64,000 nt of DNA from Escherichia coli (GCA_005400705.1 GCA_005400705.1_4079.1), one strand, 5' to 3'; shown: positions 19,076-28,939, counted from the first letter of the stretch. The notes: generated by a model not told the origin, from the letters alone. Numbers and translations: made by a program.

Positions 19076-19414
19076 ATGGAACAATATTTTGAATTAATAA
19101 ACAAAGTATCATTTTATGTAGTATCTTTGGTTTGGGTGTATTATATGTTTTGCTACATTATTGCATTCTTCCGATACACTACTTTATATGAACGTATCTA
19201 CTATGATGCCCCAATTTCATTCTTGATGTTTTGTGCATGTACGTGGGGAATATTAGAAGTACTGATATGTGGGTATAGTACTGATGAATTAAATCTGGTA
19301 TCGGTGTTGACTGGGTTTTCATTTGTTGTTATGATAGCTGCCGTTCCAGTATGGTTGTTCTTTGGACTAGTTCATCGCATTGATATATGGCGTTCTAATA
19401 TCCCTGAAAAGTAA
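19076..19414 (+). CDS. small multi-pass membrane protein (paralog family M)
   Basis: 112 aa, 3-4 hydrophobic helices, C-terminal RSNIPEK. Confidence 0.55.
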   Translation: MEQYFELINKVSFYVVSLVWVYYMFCYIIAFFRYTTLYERIYYDAPISFLMFCACTWGILEVLICGYSTDELNLVSVLTGFSFVVMIAAVPVWLFFGLVHRIDIWRSNIPEK

Positions 19415-19417
19415 GGA

Positions 19418-19765
19418 TTGGTAATGATTTATTACACTAACATGTTTGCCTATGCTGTTGCTTGCATTTACATTGTTTACTTCTTATTCGGTGGAGTACT
19501 GTGCTTCTTTAAGTACAAAACGTTGTTCAACCGAATGTACCCAAATCATCCAATTGTAGTTGTACTTTTGATTCTTTCAGTTTCTCAAATAATCGTTGAA
19601 ACTACAATGGGTATCAGTAGTGTACATTATAGTTTTGGTACTATAGTAATTATTACTATGCTTATTGCATACATTTTAGTACTTGGATATGGTATCTTTG
19701 GTAATATTGGTATGAAAATGTATCATCGAATTAAAACATTACGTGATAATCTACCGGAGCGTTGA
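19418..19765 (+). CDS. small multi-pass membrane protein (paralog family M)
   Basis: 115 aa, C-terminal RDNLPER. Confidence 0.55.
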   Translation: MVMIYYTNMFAYAVACIYIVYFLFGGVLCFFKYKTLFNRMYPNHPIVVVLLILSVSQIIVETTMGISSVHYSFGTIVIITMLIAYILVLGYGIFGNIGMKMYHRIKTLRDNLPER

Positions 19766-19766
19766 T

Positions 19767-20111
19767 ATGTATAATTTGAACCTAATCTCATATATTATAA
19801 CAACACTGTTTACATTCTATGCCTTTGTTGGTATAATCCTACTGTACTTTAAATTTTATAAAGTGTTTAACCGTTTCTATCCTTCAATGGAGAATGAGTT
19901 TTTCTTTGTGTTGTACGTATGTTACACATTCATGGCTACATGTTTCACTGTAGTCGATGGTGTCATCGGCATTAAAACTGCTGCACCAAATGGTAGTACG
20001 CTGGTTGCATTTATTCTTACCGGATTCCTTGCAACTTATATTGCCTTCATTGCAACATGGTCAGTGGTTGAATTTCTCTTGCGACTACGAAAGAATATGC
20101 CGAATCGATAG
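19767..20111 (+). CDS. small multi-pass membrane protein (paralog family M)
   Basis: 114 aa from ATG 19767, C-terminal RKNMPNR. Confidence 0.5.
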   Translation: MYNLNLISYIITTLFTFYAFVGIILLYFKFYKVFNRFYPSMENEFFFVLYVCYTFMATCFTVVDGVIGIKTAAPNGSTLVAFILTGFLATYIAFIATWSVVEFLLRLRKNMPNR

Positions 20112-20120
20112 GAGACATAT

Positions 20121-20375
20121 ATGTTTGCATTGCGTAACAAAAACACTAAAGAAATATTATGTTTAGATACCGTATGGGATTGTGCGGGATCAACTACAGT
20201 TCTTGAAGAAGGAACTGGATATTGCGTGTTTGTTGTACATGATAGGAATGAACTCGAATTATTACTTGCTGAGTTCAATGCTGGTGGTAATCCTAACAGT
20301 ACTGAATACCCTGAGATTATCAATCCAGCACCACCAGGCTCTTATGAAATTCTACAACTGTGGGAGTTGAAGTAA
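20121..20375 (+). CDS. hypothetical protein
   Basis: 84 aa ORF, RBS aggaga. Confidence 0.5.
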   Translation: MFALRNKNTKEILCLDTVWDCAGSTTVLEEGTGYCVFVVHDRNELELLLAEFNAGGNPNSTEYPEIINPAPPGSYEILQLWELK

Positions 20376-20755
20376 TGCGTCAAATGCACAAAGTAACCGA
20401 GCTAAACAAGCGTCTGGTTAAACAATCAATGTTCGAGGATAAAGAGTCTTATTATAACTTTAAACGTGCTGTAGAGGCTGCTATCCACATTCAGAAGCTT
20501 AAAGAACGTGGTTGTATTATTCTGGAAAATGGGTCGGAAGTTGTAACGGATGACTTTAGTGTAGCGTTTGATGTTTCACCTGACGGGACGCTATCAATGC
20601 CCCGCTTAGGAACTGGAAACATGACTGTTTGGGTTGGCTTCACTATGGGGAATGTACCTGGTACTGTGTACGTAGATGATGCGGAATTGAAAGACAGTTT
20701 CAAAAACTTATCTTATCTTGAACCACAATACGCACATGAAATGAATTTATTTTGA
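20375..20755 (+). CDS. hypothetical protein
   Basis: 126 aa from ATG overlapping upstream stop (TAATG). Confidence 0.5.
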   Translation: MRQMHKVTELNKRLVKQSMFEDKESYYNFKRAVEAAIHIQKLKERGCIILENGSEVVTDDFSVAFDVSPDGTLSMPRLGTGNMTVWVGFTMGNVPGTVYVDDAELKDSFKNLSYLEPQYAHEMNLF

Positions 20756-20756
20756 G

Positions 20757-20815
20757 TTGACAAACACATTCAGTACTGTATAATGCTTATCAAGGGGATG
20801 AACTTCTCATCCCTA
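20757..20815 (+). promoter_or_regulatory. promoter TTGACA-16-TATAAT plus 5' stem-loop
   Basis: ttgaca 20757-20762, tataat 20779-20784, stem gggatga-acttc-tcatccc. Confidence 0.55.
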
Positions 20816-20831
20816 CAATCGAGGAACTACC

Positions 20832-21386
20832 ATGATTACTTTTAAGAAAACTGCTAACCACATCCATGAAATCTACATTAACGGTCACAAAGCTGGCCTT
20901 CTTCGTTTACTCGCCCATCATCCTGATGTTACCGTATCTGATAATGAACCTAAAGATTGGCGTGTATTTTTCTTTGGAAAGTACAGTGATTTTCAAGTAT
21001 CAAACCTGAAGAACATTCGTTCAGTATGCACGTTAACTGAAATTAAAGAAAAGTTAGAAAAAGCATTGAAAACTAATCCAGATGGTGTTCTTCCACCTGA
21101 TAACTTTGTAGAGAAAGGTTATGCATTAGCTCATTTCAAAGATGGTACTATTCAATCTATCAGTACTGAATATGAATATCAATGGACTGAGTACTTCACT
21201 TATGGATCGCGTAATACATTGATGGCTTCACGTAGTAAATTGGAAGAAGTACTGACTCGTATGAATGAACGCGAACGTCAATTTTATGACAAACCAGAAA
21301 TGTGGAGTTCAACTTACATTGACCGTATTGACTATGTTATTATGACTCCAATCTTTGACACTGCTTACTATGATTCTTTGAAATAA
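20832..21386 (+). CDS. hypothetical protein
   Basis: 184 aa, RBS gaggaa. Confidence 0.6.
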   Translation: MITFKKTANHIHEIYINGHKAGLLRLLAHHPDVTVSDNEPKDWRVFFFGKYSDFQVSNLKNIRSVCTLTEIKEKLEKALKTNPDGVLPPDNFVEKGYALAHFKDGTIQSISTEYEYQWTEYFTYGSRNTLMASRSKLEEVLTRMNERERQFYDKPEMWSSTYIDRIDYVIMTPIFDTAYYDSLK

Positions 21387-21397
21387 GGATAACTTAT

Positions 21398-21574
21398 ATG
21401 AAACTACGTACTCGTAATCGACTGATGGATGCACTGTACCATGAACAGCTTTCACTGAATGAAGTGAAGCGACAGTTAATGTACACATATCTGTTACCCG
21501 CTCGCATTGCAAAACAACGTGCTAAAGAATTGCTGAAAGAAGCAATCGAGTACTGGGAATCTGATTCATACTAA
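21398..21574 (+). CDS. hypothetical small protein
   Basis: 58 aa ORF (below ORF-track cutoff), RBS aagga. Confidence 0.4.
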   Translation: MKLRTRNRLMDALYHEQLSLNEVKRQLMYTYLLPARIAKQRAKELLKEAIEYWESDSY

Positions 21575-21613
21575 TATTACGTGATATGTCACGTTAATTA
21601 AGTGAGGCGATAA

Positions 21614-21865
21614 ATGAAAATATTATTAGTTTTAATACTACTAATAGTTTTACCATTTACTTTAGTATCCCCTGGACTTGCATGGAATGTATTTGTGTAC
21701 TTAGTATGTACTATTGTAGTAAATGGTATCTTGTTCTTAGTTCTATTCATAAATGGAATAGGACACGGTGGAGGATGGACCAGTACTGCTGATATTGTAC
21801 ATAAAACCACTATGTCTTTATTTGTAGTGTGGAATTTATTCTGGACTTGGTTTGTGTTCTTCTAA
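21614..21865 (+). CDS. small membrane protein
   Basis: 83 aa, hydrophobic. Confidence 0.5.
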   Translation: MKILLVLILLIVLPFTLVSPGLAWNVFVYLVCTIVVNGILFLVLFINGIGHGGGWTSTADIVHKTTMSLFVVWNLFWTWFVFF

Positions 21866-21874
21866 TTAAAAAAT

Positions 21875-22246
21875 ATGAATATAGATTTGAAAGGTGCAAC
21901 CCGAACTGTTATCCTCATTGGGGAATACGCTATCAAGATTCCAACCTTTAAAAGTTGGAAGCTATTCTTAACAGGGATGATAGCTAACCTCAATGAACGT
22001 TCGTGGATGCAGTACTCCAAGCGTAGTGATACTGGTATCTGTCCTACTTTGTGGTCATCATGTACTGGACTAGTAACTGTACAGAAACGTTGTAAGCCAG
22101 TGCAACATAGGGGTTTATTTTGGGTGGAGTTGTGTGCTTTAGCATTGAATACAGAGTTAAGTACTGACTTCTTCTATTCAGATGCGAAGCCAGAAAACTT
22201 TGGGTATCTGGGTGGTAAGTTAGTTAAACTTGATTATGGAGATTAA
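21875..22246 (+). CDS. kinase-like small protein
   Basis: 123 aa; EYAIKIP (Lys motif), DAKPENFG (catalytic-loop-like), KLDYGD (DFG-like). Confidence 0.4.
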   Translation: MNIDLKGATRTVILIGEYAIKIPTFKSWKLFLTGMIANLNERSWMQYSKRSDTGICPTLWSSCTGLVTVQKRCKPVQHRGLFWVELCALALNTELSTDFFYSDAKPENFGYLGGKLVKLDYGD

Positions 22247-22247
22247 T

Positions 22248-22517
22248 ATGTACGCACTGTATAATAAAGAAAAGAAACGATTTGCTAAGGTTGAAATTTC
22301 GATTGATACATTTGATATGTTGGAGTACTGTATTGTAACTGACCTATCTGCTAACTTGTATTACGTTCATGATGACGTATCAGTACTGCAACGATTGCTT
22401 GAGAATTCCAAAAGTCAATGCCAGGACATCCATGATGGTTCATCTTATGAAACACCTGAGTGTCCCCACGGGCAACTCGATGGGTATGAGATTGTTAAGT
22501 TGGGAATTGTTGAGTAA
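22248..22517 (+). CDS. hypothetical protein
   Basis: 89 aa from ATG 22248 with RBS ggaga. Confidence 0.5.
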   Translation: MYALYNKEKKRFAKVEISIDTFDMLEYCIVTDLSANLYYVHDDVSVLQRLLENSKSQCQDIHDGSSYETPECPHGQLDGYEIVKLGIVE

Positions 22518-22523
22518 AAGGTA

Positions 22524-22552
22524 TTGACACCGTACTCATTTAACTGTATTAT
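22524..22552 (+). promoter_or_regulatory. sigma70-type promoter TTGACA-17-TATTAT
   Basis: ttgaca 22524-22529, tattat 22547-22552. Confidence 0.5.
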
Positions 22553-22582
22553 GTATGTACACCAACTAATGAGGAATCGGAA

Positions 22583-22942
22583 ATGGCATCTTTATCTGAA
22601 ATCACTGAACTGAATCCACTGGTAATTAGTACTGTTCAACGCACCAAGACGTTTTACTTCCGTCCTGCTGATGGATGGAAACGTGGAATGAATGGTGACT
22701 ATCGAGTACTGGAAGATTCGCTCATCGAGCGTATCAACTCTGAACTACAGAAGTATGAAGGTGTTAAAGTTGTCCGTTCAACTTCTCGTTATTTTGAGTA
22801 CTACATTGAGTCTTCAACTGTAAATGAAAACTCATCATTCTCGGTGGATAACACTGATATTCTTCGCAATGCAGTTGGTTTGCTATGCAACATTGCAGAA
22901 GAAATGGGATTAACTATCACCACAATGAGTGAGTTAGAATAG
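22583..22942 (+). CDS. hypothetical protein
   Basis: 119 aa, RBS gaggaa. Confidence 0.55.
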   Translation: MASLSEITELNPLVISTVQRTKTFYFRPADGWKRGMNGDYRVLEDSLIERINSELQKYEGVKVVRSTSRYFEYYIESSTVNENSSFSVDNTDILRNAVGLLCNIAEEMGLTITTMSELE

Positions 22943-22952
22943 AATAAAAAAA

Positions 22953-22984
22953 GGGTTGACTTAGGTCGGCCCTTTTGCTATTAT
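22953..22984 (+). terminator. fused terminator-promoter (GGGTTGAC-TTAG-GTCGGCCC, G-U wobbles)
   Basis: Hairpin 22953-22972, TTTT, tattat 22979-22984. Confidence 0.55.
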
Positions 22985-23012
22985 ATCTATATCGAAACGA
23001 AGGAGACAAACC

Positions 23013-23786
23013 ATGACCCGTCAAGAGAAAGCAATCCAAATCGAAAAAAACTTCAATAGCATGATGGCTGCACTGGAATGCCTTCTTGATACACAAGCTA
23101 ACTCTATCAACTCTCTGATCGTATCAGGTAAAGGTGGTGTTGGTAAAACTTATAACGTTGACCAACGGTTGCAGAAAGCTGATGATAACTTTGAAATCGA
23201 CTACAAGAAAATCAGTGGTAAAGTAACTACTTTGGGTCTGTACGAAGCACTGTATCGTTCACGTCATGCCGCATCAGTACTGTTACTTGATGACGTTGAT
23301 ATCTTCTCTGACGAGACTAATATTGATTTGCTTAAAGCTGTGTTGGATACGTCAGAGAAGCGTGTAGTTTCTTACGCGACTTCTGCTAAGTACCTGGAAC
23401 AGCAGGGTATCCCTAAGCAGTTTGAATTCCGTGGTAAAGTAATCTTTCTGACTAACAAAAACCTGTCACAGATTGCTAAAGGTAAAAGCAGCTTAGCACC
23501 ACACATCGATGCACTGATCACTCGTAGTATCTTTGTTGACCTGCAACTGTTCACCAACGAAGAAGTGATGATTCACATTGAGAACATCATGAACAAAACT
23601 AACATCCTTGAAAACAATGGTGTTAACAAAAATGGTTGTAAAGCAATCCTGAATTGGATGCTGAACAACGAAGAACGTTTGCGTAGTCCATCACTGCGTA
23701 TGCCAGTACTGATCGCTGGTTTGTATAATAAATTCCCATACGATTGGGAATCAATGGCAGAGAATATGTTCCTTGAGAAAATTTAA
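23013..23786 (+). CDS. P-loop NTPase (AAA-like ATPase)
   Basis: 257 aa; Walker A GKGGVGKT, Walker B VLLLDDVD. Confidence 0.6.
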   Translation: MTRQEKAIQIEKNFNSMMAALECLLDTQANSINSLIVSGKGGVGKTYNVDQRLQKADDNFEIDYKKISGKVTTLGLYEALYRSRHAASVLLLDDVDIFSDETNIDLLKAVLDTSEKRVVSYATSAKYLEQQGIPKQFEFRGKVIFLTNKNLSQIAKGKSSLAPHIDALITRSIFVDLQLFTNEEVMIHIENIMNKTNILENNGVNKNGCKAILNWMLNNEERLRSPSLRMPVLIAGLYNKFPYDWESMAENMFLEKI

Positions 23787-23853
23787 TTACATGTATTGAC
23801 AGTACTACACTATGGTAGTACTATAACTTAATATTCACCACCGGAGATACGAT

Positions 23854-24192
23854 ATGCTTGAGTTTTTTAATTCAGATACAATGCTTAGTATTACTTTGAT
23901 TTATCTGTTTGGTTTTTTCTTTTATCATGCACTAGTTGTAGTACTATGGTATTTTAAAAAGAAAATCGTTTTCAAACTGTATCCTGATGGAAACATTTCA
24001 CTACTTCTTTTCACTATTATCCAAGGTATGTTTGCAATTGTTGGTCTTATCGCACACTTAATTTATTGTGCTAATCCACAGTTGAACTCAATATCACAAT
24101 ATATTGTATTCCTTGGATTACTAATTTGGGTGCTGATATACTTGTTTAATCTCATCATTAATGGAAGAGCAAAAATTCGTGGGGACTTCTAA
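23854..24192 (+). CDS. small multi-pass membrane protein (family M)
   Basis: 112 aa, hydrophobic. Confidence 0.5.
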   Translation: MLEFFNSDTMLSITLIYLFGFFFYHALVVVLWYFKKKIVFKLYPDGNISLLLFTIIQGMFAIVGLIAHLIYCANPQLNSISQYIVFLGLLIWVLIYLFNLIINGRAKIRGDF

Positions 24193-24539
24193 TGTTTGAA
24201 TCTTATCTTGAGTTTTTAAAGAGTAGTTCTGTTGCACATTCAATTGCAGGGATTATTCTAACAGGTTATGTAACATTTTGGGTAGTTATGTTTCTAGGAT
24301 GGTATTTTAAACGACAATTCTATAAGCGTAATGGTGAAGATTTTATGAATTCTTTCATTAATCAATCGTTGTTTGCATCAACATTGATAGCATGTATTGT
24401 AGCAACACTCACAGGAAAGGTACTGCCAGCATTCTCCGCAGTTTACGGTACATTGGGTATGATATGTGTAGTTTTTTACTTGACCATTAAAATTTGTTGT
24501 GTTATGATTGAACTTCGAAATAAGATACCGGAGGAATGA
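24192..24539 (+). CDS. small multi-pass membrane protein (family M)
   Basis: 115 aa, C-terminal LRNKIPEE. Confidence 0.5.
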   Translation: MFESYLEFLKSSSVAHSIAGIILTGYVTFWVVMFLGWYFKRQFYKRNGEDFMNSFINQSLFASTLIACIVATLTGKVLPAFSAVYGTLGMICVVFYLTIKICCVMIELRNKIPEE

Positions 24540-24874
24540 TGGAGTACTTTATTGATTTACTGCCGTGGTATATGAAAGTTAGTACTTTGTACTATATTAT
24601 TAGTGCTGGATTCTACTTTCTGATGTGGTTCTTTAAACGACCAATTTCAGTATTCATCGCTGATAACATGCTGCAATTAAAATTACACGCATGGTTTGGT
24701 ATGGCGATGATTATGCCTATTATTCACTACTCAATGATTAGTAGAGGTTTCCGTTCTAATGGTGAACCAATTGTATTAGTATTCTATTGGGGTTCAACTA
24801 TTGCATATGTAAGTTTGTTGTTGTTCCCAGTCGTTCATAAGTTACGTGCTAAAATTCCTGATGCGAGGTACTAA
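24536..24874 (+). CDS. small multi-pass membrane protein (family M)
   Basis: 112 aa, C-terminal LRAKIPDARY. Confidence 0.5.
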   Translation: MMEYFIDLLPWYMKVSTLYYIISAGFYFLMWFFKRPISVFIADNMLQLKLHAWFGMAMIMPIIHYSMISRGFRSNGEPIVLVFYWGSTIAYVSLLLFPVVHKLRAKIPDARY

Positions 24875-25188
24875 TGGATATAGTAACATTGATTTACACG
24901 TTGTATTCATTCTATTTCATTATGTGTTGGGTTGGATTTTTATTTGTACTCAAGATGTTTGATTATGTTGAAAAACAGATAAAAGAATTTTGTATTCCTT
25001 TTATCGGTTCAACCATTATTAGTGTTTCTTGTGTGTATTTTTTGGTTTTTGATCCACCAGATAACACTGCAATGATTGACTTGATGTTACTACCAACAAC
25101 TGTTACTTTTTTATGTAGTCTGATGCCGCCGATTAGCCGTGGACTAACAGAATTTAGACGCAATCAAAAGCGTAAACGAGGGATGTAA
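24874..25188 (+). CDS. small multi-pass membrane protein (family M)
   Basis: 104 aa, basic C-terminus. Confidence 0.5.
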   Translation: MDIVTLIYTLYSFYFIMCWVGFLFVLKMFDYVEKQIKEFCIPFIGSTIISVSCVYFLVFDPPDNTAMIDLMLLPTTVTFLCSLMPPISRGLTEFRRNQKRKRGM

Positions 25189-25556
25189 TGGAAATTGCTC
25201 TTATTATCTTAACTGCTATGCTGTTTATTAGTACTGTGGTTATAATTGGTAAATTCTTTTGTGTATCATTTTTAGAAACGGTATACGATGAAATTGCTGA
25301 TGATTATGAATTACAAGCCGGATTTTTCATTACGTATTGGCTTAGTTTATTTTGTCTAGTCATTGCTTGGATTTTACATATCTTTAAATGGGGTATGGTA
25401 GACGGTGATCCTATTATGGCAATTATTGTTCTAGTGTTTGGTATCCTTGGTGGTGCAGTGCATAATCTAATGGTTATCTGGCAAACTGTTCAATATGTTT
25501 TGGTTCCCTATTTCGAAAAGATGCACAGTACAATTAAAAAACGTAAACGAGGTTAG
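25188..25556 (+). CDS. small multi-pass membrane protein (family M)
   Basis: 122 aa, basic C-terminus KKRKRG. Confidence 0.5.
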   Translation: MEIALIILTAMLFISTVVIIGKFFCVSFLETVYDEIADDYELQAGFFITYWLSLFCLVIAWILHIFKWGMVDGDPIMAIIVLVFGILGGAVHNLMVIWQTVQYVLVPYFEKMHSTIKKRKRG

Positions 25557-25557
25557 T

Positions 25558-25920
25558 ATGAACGGGATAGAATTATCTTTCGTTGGTCAATTACTAGTAA
25601 TGGCGTATACATTTATCTTCTCACTGAATGCATTCGTGTGCATTGGGAAGTACTTCCATAAGCGACCATTATCAAATATATATGATGTAATCCAAAAGAG
25701 ATATAGTCCAGCATATACTGTGTTGGGTACAGTATTCAATTTTGGTTTTATTGTATTAATAATTGGACTGTTCACATCCTCTTTGAATACAATAACCTTC
25801 GGTCTTATGATATGTTCATTGGTATTAGCCGTAATTATATGTTGTTTAGTACTACACCTTGTGATACTATTATATATAAAGATCTCTGAAATCCACCAAC
25901 GTTTGGGTATGAGGAAATAA
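25558..25920 (+). CDS. small multi-pass membrane protein (family M)
   Basis: 120 aa from ATG 25558. Confidence 0.45.
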   Translation: MNGIELSFVGQLLVMAYTFIFSLNAFVCIGKYFHKRPLSNIYDVIQKRYSPAYTVLGTVFNFGFIVLIIGLFTSSLNTITFGLMICSLVLAVIICCLVLHLVILLYIKISEIHQRLGMRK

Positions 25921-25921
25921 T

Positions 25922-26293
25922 ATGAGTTACCGTGAGATATTTTCCATTATTTCAATTATTATGTTCAGTACTGGAACACTGGTATGGTTATTATATTTCT
26001 TCTGTATTAATCCAGTGTATAATATGTTATGTAATATTAAATCAAGTGCCGGATATATCACTTTTATGGTCTTTATGGGATATTATTGTCTAAGCATTTT
26101 AGGTGTTGTTTTGGTTGTTATATTTGATGTGGGGCCAAATAGTGATGGTATGGAAATACATGAATTAATAACCATGTTTGGATGTATGATACCAACAGCA
26201 CTACTGTTTGTAGCTACTGGTAGTGGATTGATAAAATTATATAATTATTTAAAATCCATTCATAATTCCATTCATAATAAGCGTATGTCATAA
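25922..26293 (+). CDS. small multi-pass membrane protein (family M)
   Basis: 123 aa, hydrophobic. Confidence 0.5.
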   Translation: MSYREIFSIISIIMFSTGTLVWLLYFFCINPVYNMLCNIKSSAGYITFMVFMGYYCLSILGVVLVVIFDVGPNSDGMEIHELITMFGCMIPTALLFVATGSGLIKLYNYLKSIHNSIHNKRMS

Positions 26294-26335
26294 TAAAAAA
26301 TCCAGTACTATTAAGTACTGGATGTATAAGGAGTT

Positions 26336-26998
26336 ATGATGAAATCAAAATTAGGTTTGTTTTATAAAAACTATTTTGTTAAACAACGTAAATTTATAAA
26401 AAAATATTTCTCTGGTGAGAAGTCTAGTCCTATAATTTTTAAAAGACCAAGTTATAATACTTACTTAGCTTGTGCTAAACAGTCTAAGAAATTTATTACT
26501 CTTTTAAATAAAAACAAAATTAAAGCTTCTTATGTTGAAACGAGAAGAAACTCATCAATAACTCCTGGTGATTTTATTGAGTACGGATGTTTCAATATTA
26601 AGTATAATGATAATACATACTTTATGGATATTGATTGTAATACATCCAATCTTTTTAACATTGTAGTAAATCCATTAAAACAATATAATGTTTATGGTGA
26701 TTCTATTATCAAATTAATCAAAAACAAAGATGGCTTTGATTTTGAAATAAATGTTTTAGATGATAATTTTGACGAAGTACCCGTAAACCCTGAAATCTGT
26801 GATATTTTAAACAGTTTAAAAGGTAGTACCTACAATATATCATCTGATTTAATGTTTCAGTACTCATTAATCCATAAAGATATTGAAAAGTATATTGAAT
26901 GCTCCAGAATTTTGAATTTTCTCTATGATGAATTTAAAAAGAGTTCTAAAATAACTGCATACACTTTGTACAATATTCCTAAAATGGTGAATCTTTAA
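26336..26998 (+). CDS. hypothetical protein
   Basis: 220 aa, RBS aaggag; 3' end converges on the minus-strand array. Confidence 0.55.
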   Translation: MMKSKLGLFYKNYFVKQRKFIKKYFSGEKSSPIIFKRPSYNTYLACAKQSKKFITLLNKNKIKASYVETRRNSSITPGDFIEYGCFNIKYNDNTYFMDIDCNTSNLFNIVVNPLKQYNVYGDSIIKLIKNKDGFDFEINVLDDNFDEVPVNPEICDILNSLKGSTYNISSDLMFQYSLIHKDIEKYIECSRILNFLYDEFKKSSKITAYTLYNIPKMVNL

Positions 26999-27604
26999 CA
27001 AATACAGTACTGGCAACTCCACCGTCTGTAATATATTGTCCAGTACTGTAAATTTGTATACCATCGGTTAAGTAAGTTCTGTATAAAGTTGCTGTAACAT
27101 ATACGTTATTCATATTCATCTCTATTGGTAGTACACATTTGGTATAGGCCGACACATCTGTTTGTGTACCTATACCCAATTGACCTGCGTTATCGCCTGT
27201 GTTATTACCAGTTGCGTAAACACCCAATGAAGTTATAATATGATTAGAAAAATATGAATAACCCAAACTCTTGAGATTCTCTACTGTACAACGTACCATC
27301 TGACATAAGGGCAAAAACTGTTGTATCAGATGAAGCTATTTTTGTTACAGAAGGTTGTATGTTCTGTTTTGATGATGTGATAATTCTTCGAAAGGGTAGC
27401 ATTGTATCCTCCAAATGTAAATCATTATTATATTTAGGACAAAAAAATGCCAGTACAAGGCACTGGCATAAAATCTAAGCAGAAGGCATATCCTTCATCT
27501 TAATAAATGAAAATTGTGTACCAGTATTTGTGGTTCCAATTTCTTTATTTCAGGAAGAGTTGGTTTAATATTTCCGTACTTGACCATTCTTGCAAAAGGT
27601 AACA
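26979..27604 (-). pseudogene. decayed ninth copy of the RCC1-like leader-peptide family
   Basis: Intact start MLPFARMVKYGNI near 27604 hits a stop after about 35 codons; C-terminal fragment ORF 26979-27314 still has GQLGIG. Confidence 0.5.
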
Positions 27605-27678
27605 TAATTCCCTCCTTTTATTTGTTATACTATATTTAATACAAATAAGAAAGCCAGTATCAAGTACTGGCTTTTACA
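27605..27678 (-). promoter_or_regulatory. family cassette: hairpin GCCAGTA-CTTGA-TACTGGC, TATAAT-like element, AAGGAGG RBS
   Basis: Conserved block preceding each RCC1-like paralog. Confidence 0.5.
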
Positions 27679-28869
27679 TTACAATTGTCTAGGTGTATCC
27701 AGTACATATCTATTTGTACGAGGACCACCATCATCATCAGTTCCGGTTGAATATATATTTTTCATATCAGCAGTTAGGAAAGTACGATACGAACCGCGAT
27801 ATATTTTTATTTTATCATACATAGAATATGTTATTTCTGACGGCAATGGACATGCAGTAAATTTACCAATGGTAACATCAGAACCAACACCCAATGTGCC
27901 AGCATAACTACTCGCATTTAAACCAGTTGCATATACACCTGCACTCGTAACTAGTATACTAGATTGTGTTGGGTATCCAGTATGAATTGAATACAAAGTA
28001 CCGGGTGGTAAGGTTGTACTATTGTTTCCTAAAACTCCATTAACAGTGCTAGATGTAGTTTTATTTCCCCATGCTCCATTATTAGCTAATCCACCAACTA
28101 GAAACTGACGTGCTCCTGTATTTGGATTCTCCACTAAAGCACTGACTGAACCCATTGAGCATACAGTGTATTGTAACGTTTTTGTGTATGTTGTACTTGG
28201 CTGATATAAAGTATATTCATTATATAAAGTCCATGTAGTGCTGGAACTTATACCGGATGTACCACCACCAATATATAAATTATTTTGTGTATCAAAAAAC
28301 ATTGCACAGCTATTTGTTGACATTATTTGTGCAATATCAACATCTGGTGTTACAGCTTTAACAAATGAACCATCGGTTATTTGTTGAGTTTTTCCAGTAC
28401 CATCAGCGAATTGTTTAGCCCCACTCCAACCAGTACTCCATATTGTATTATTATCCATTAAGAAAGTAAACCACGTAGTACCTGCATACATCTGTTTAAT
28501 TGAAGTACTTGAACTTTGTGTGAACAAATTTTCAATATATTGGTTATAACTTAAAAATGATGTAGTACTAGTTTCTAAACCAATATGACTACCATATCCA
28601 CAATAAAAATAATTTAAGTCATTATCTTGTACTAACAAAGTTCCTTCTGACATCCAACAATCGTTAACGTTTTCTCTAATTAATGTCCATGTTCTTAATG
28701 CAGTGTTGTTTCCTCTCCCAAACTTCCCAAAACTATTATTGCCTCGTGCGTATAGTTGACCATCAGTATAAAGTACAACAACATCACTATTGATTGGTAT
28801 TATTTTCTTAATTTGAAGAGGCTCAGGTGTAATATTTCCATAATCAAACATTCTAACAAAAGGTAACAT
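27679..28869 (-). CDS. RCC1-like repeat (beta-propeller) protein with MLPFVRMFDYGN leader, paralog 1
   Basis: 396 aa from ATG with RBS aaggagg; G-x-F/L-G-x-G repeats; ORF-track extension MPVLDTG... reads through the upstream hairpin. Confidence 0.7.
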   Translation of the reverse strand: MLPFVRMFDYGNITPEPLQIKKIIPINSDVVVLYTDGQLYARGNNSFGKFGRGNNTALRTWTLIRENVNDCWMSEGTLLVQDNDLNYFYCGYGSHIGLETSTTSFLSYNQYIENLFTQSSSTSIKQMYAGTTWFTFLMDNNTIWSTGWSGAKQFADGTGKTQQITDGSFVKAVTPDVDIAQIMSTNSCAMFFDTQNNLYIGGGTSGISSSTTWTLYNEYTLYQPSTTYTKTLQYTVCSMGSVSALVENPNTGARQFLVGGLANNGAWGNKTTSSTVNGVLGNNSTTLPPGTLYSIHTGYPTQSSILVTSAGVYATGLNASSYAGTLGVGSDVTIGKFTACPLPSEITYSMYDKIKIYRGSYRTFLTADMKNIYSTGTDDDGGPRTNRYVLDTPRQL

Positions 28870-28939
28870 ATTTCCTCCTTTATTCATTATACTATATTTA
28901 ATACAAAAAGAAATGCCAGTATCAAGTACTGGCATAATA
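28870..28939 (-). promoter_or_regulatory. family cassette (hairpin, TATAAT, AAGGAGG)
   Basis: Near-identical to the other inter-paralog blocks. Confidence 0.5.

Noticed and set aside
23796-23827. Promoter upstream of 23854 (ttgaca ... tataac)
   Set aside because: The spacer is about 20 nt, too long for a confident sigma70 promoter.
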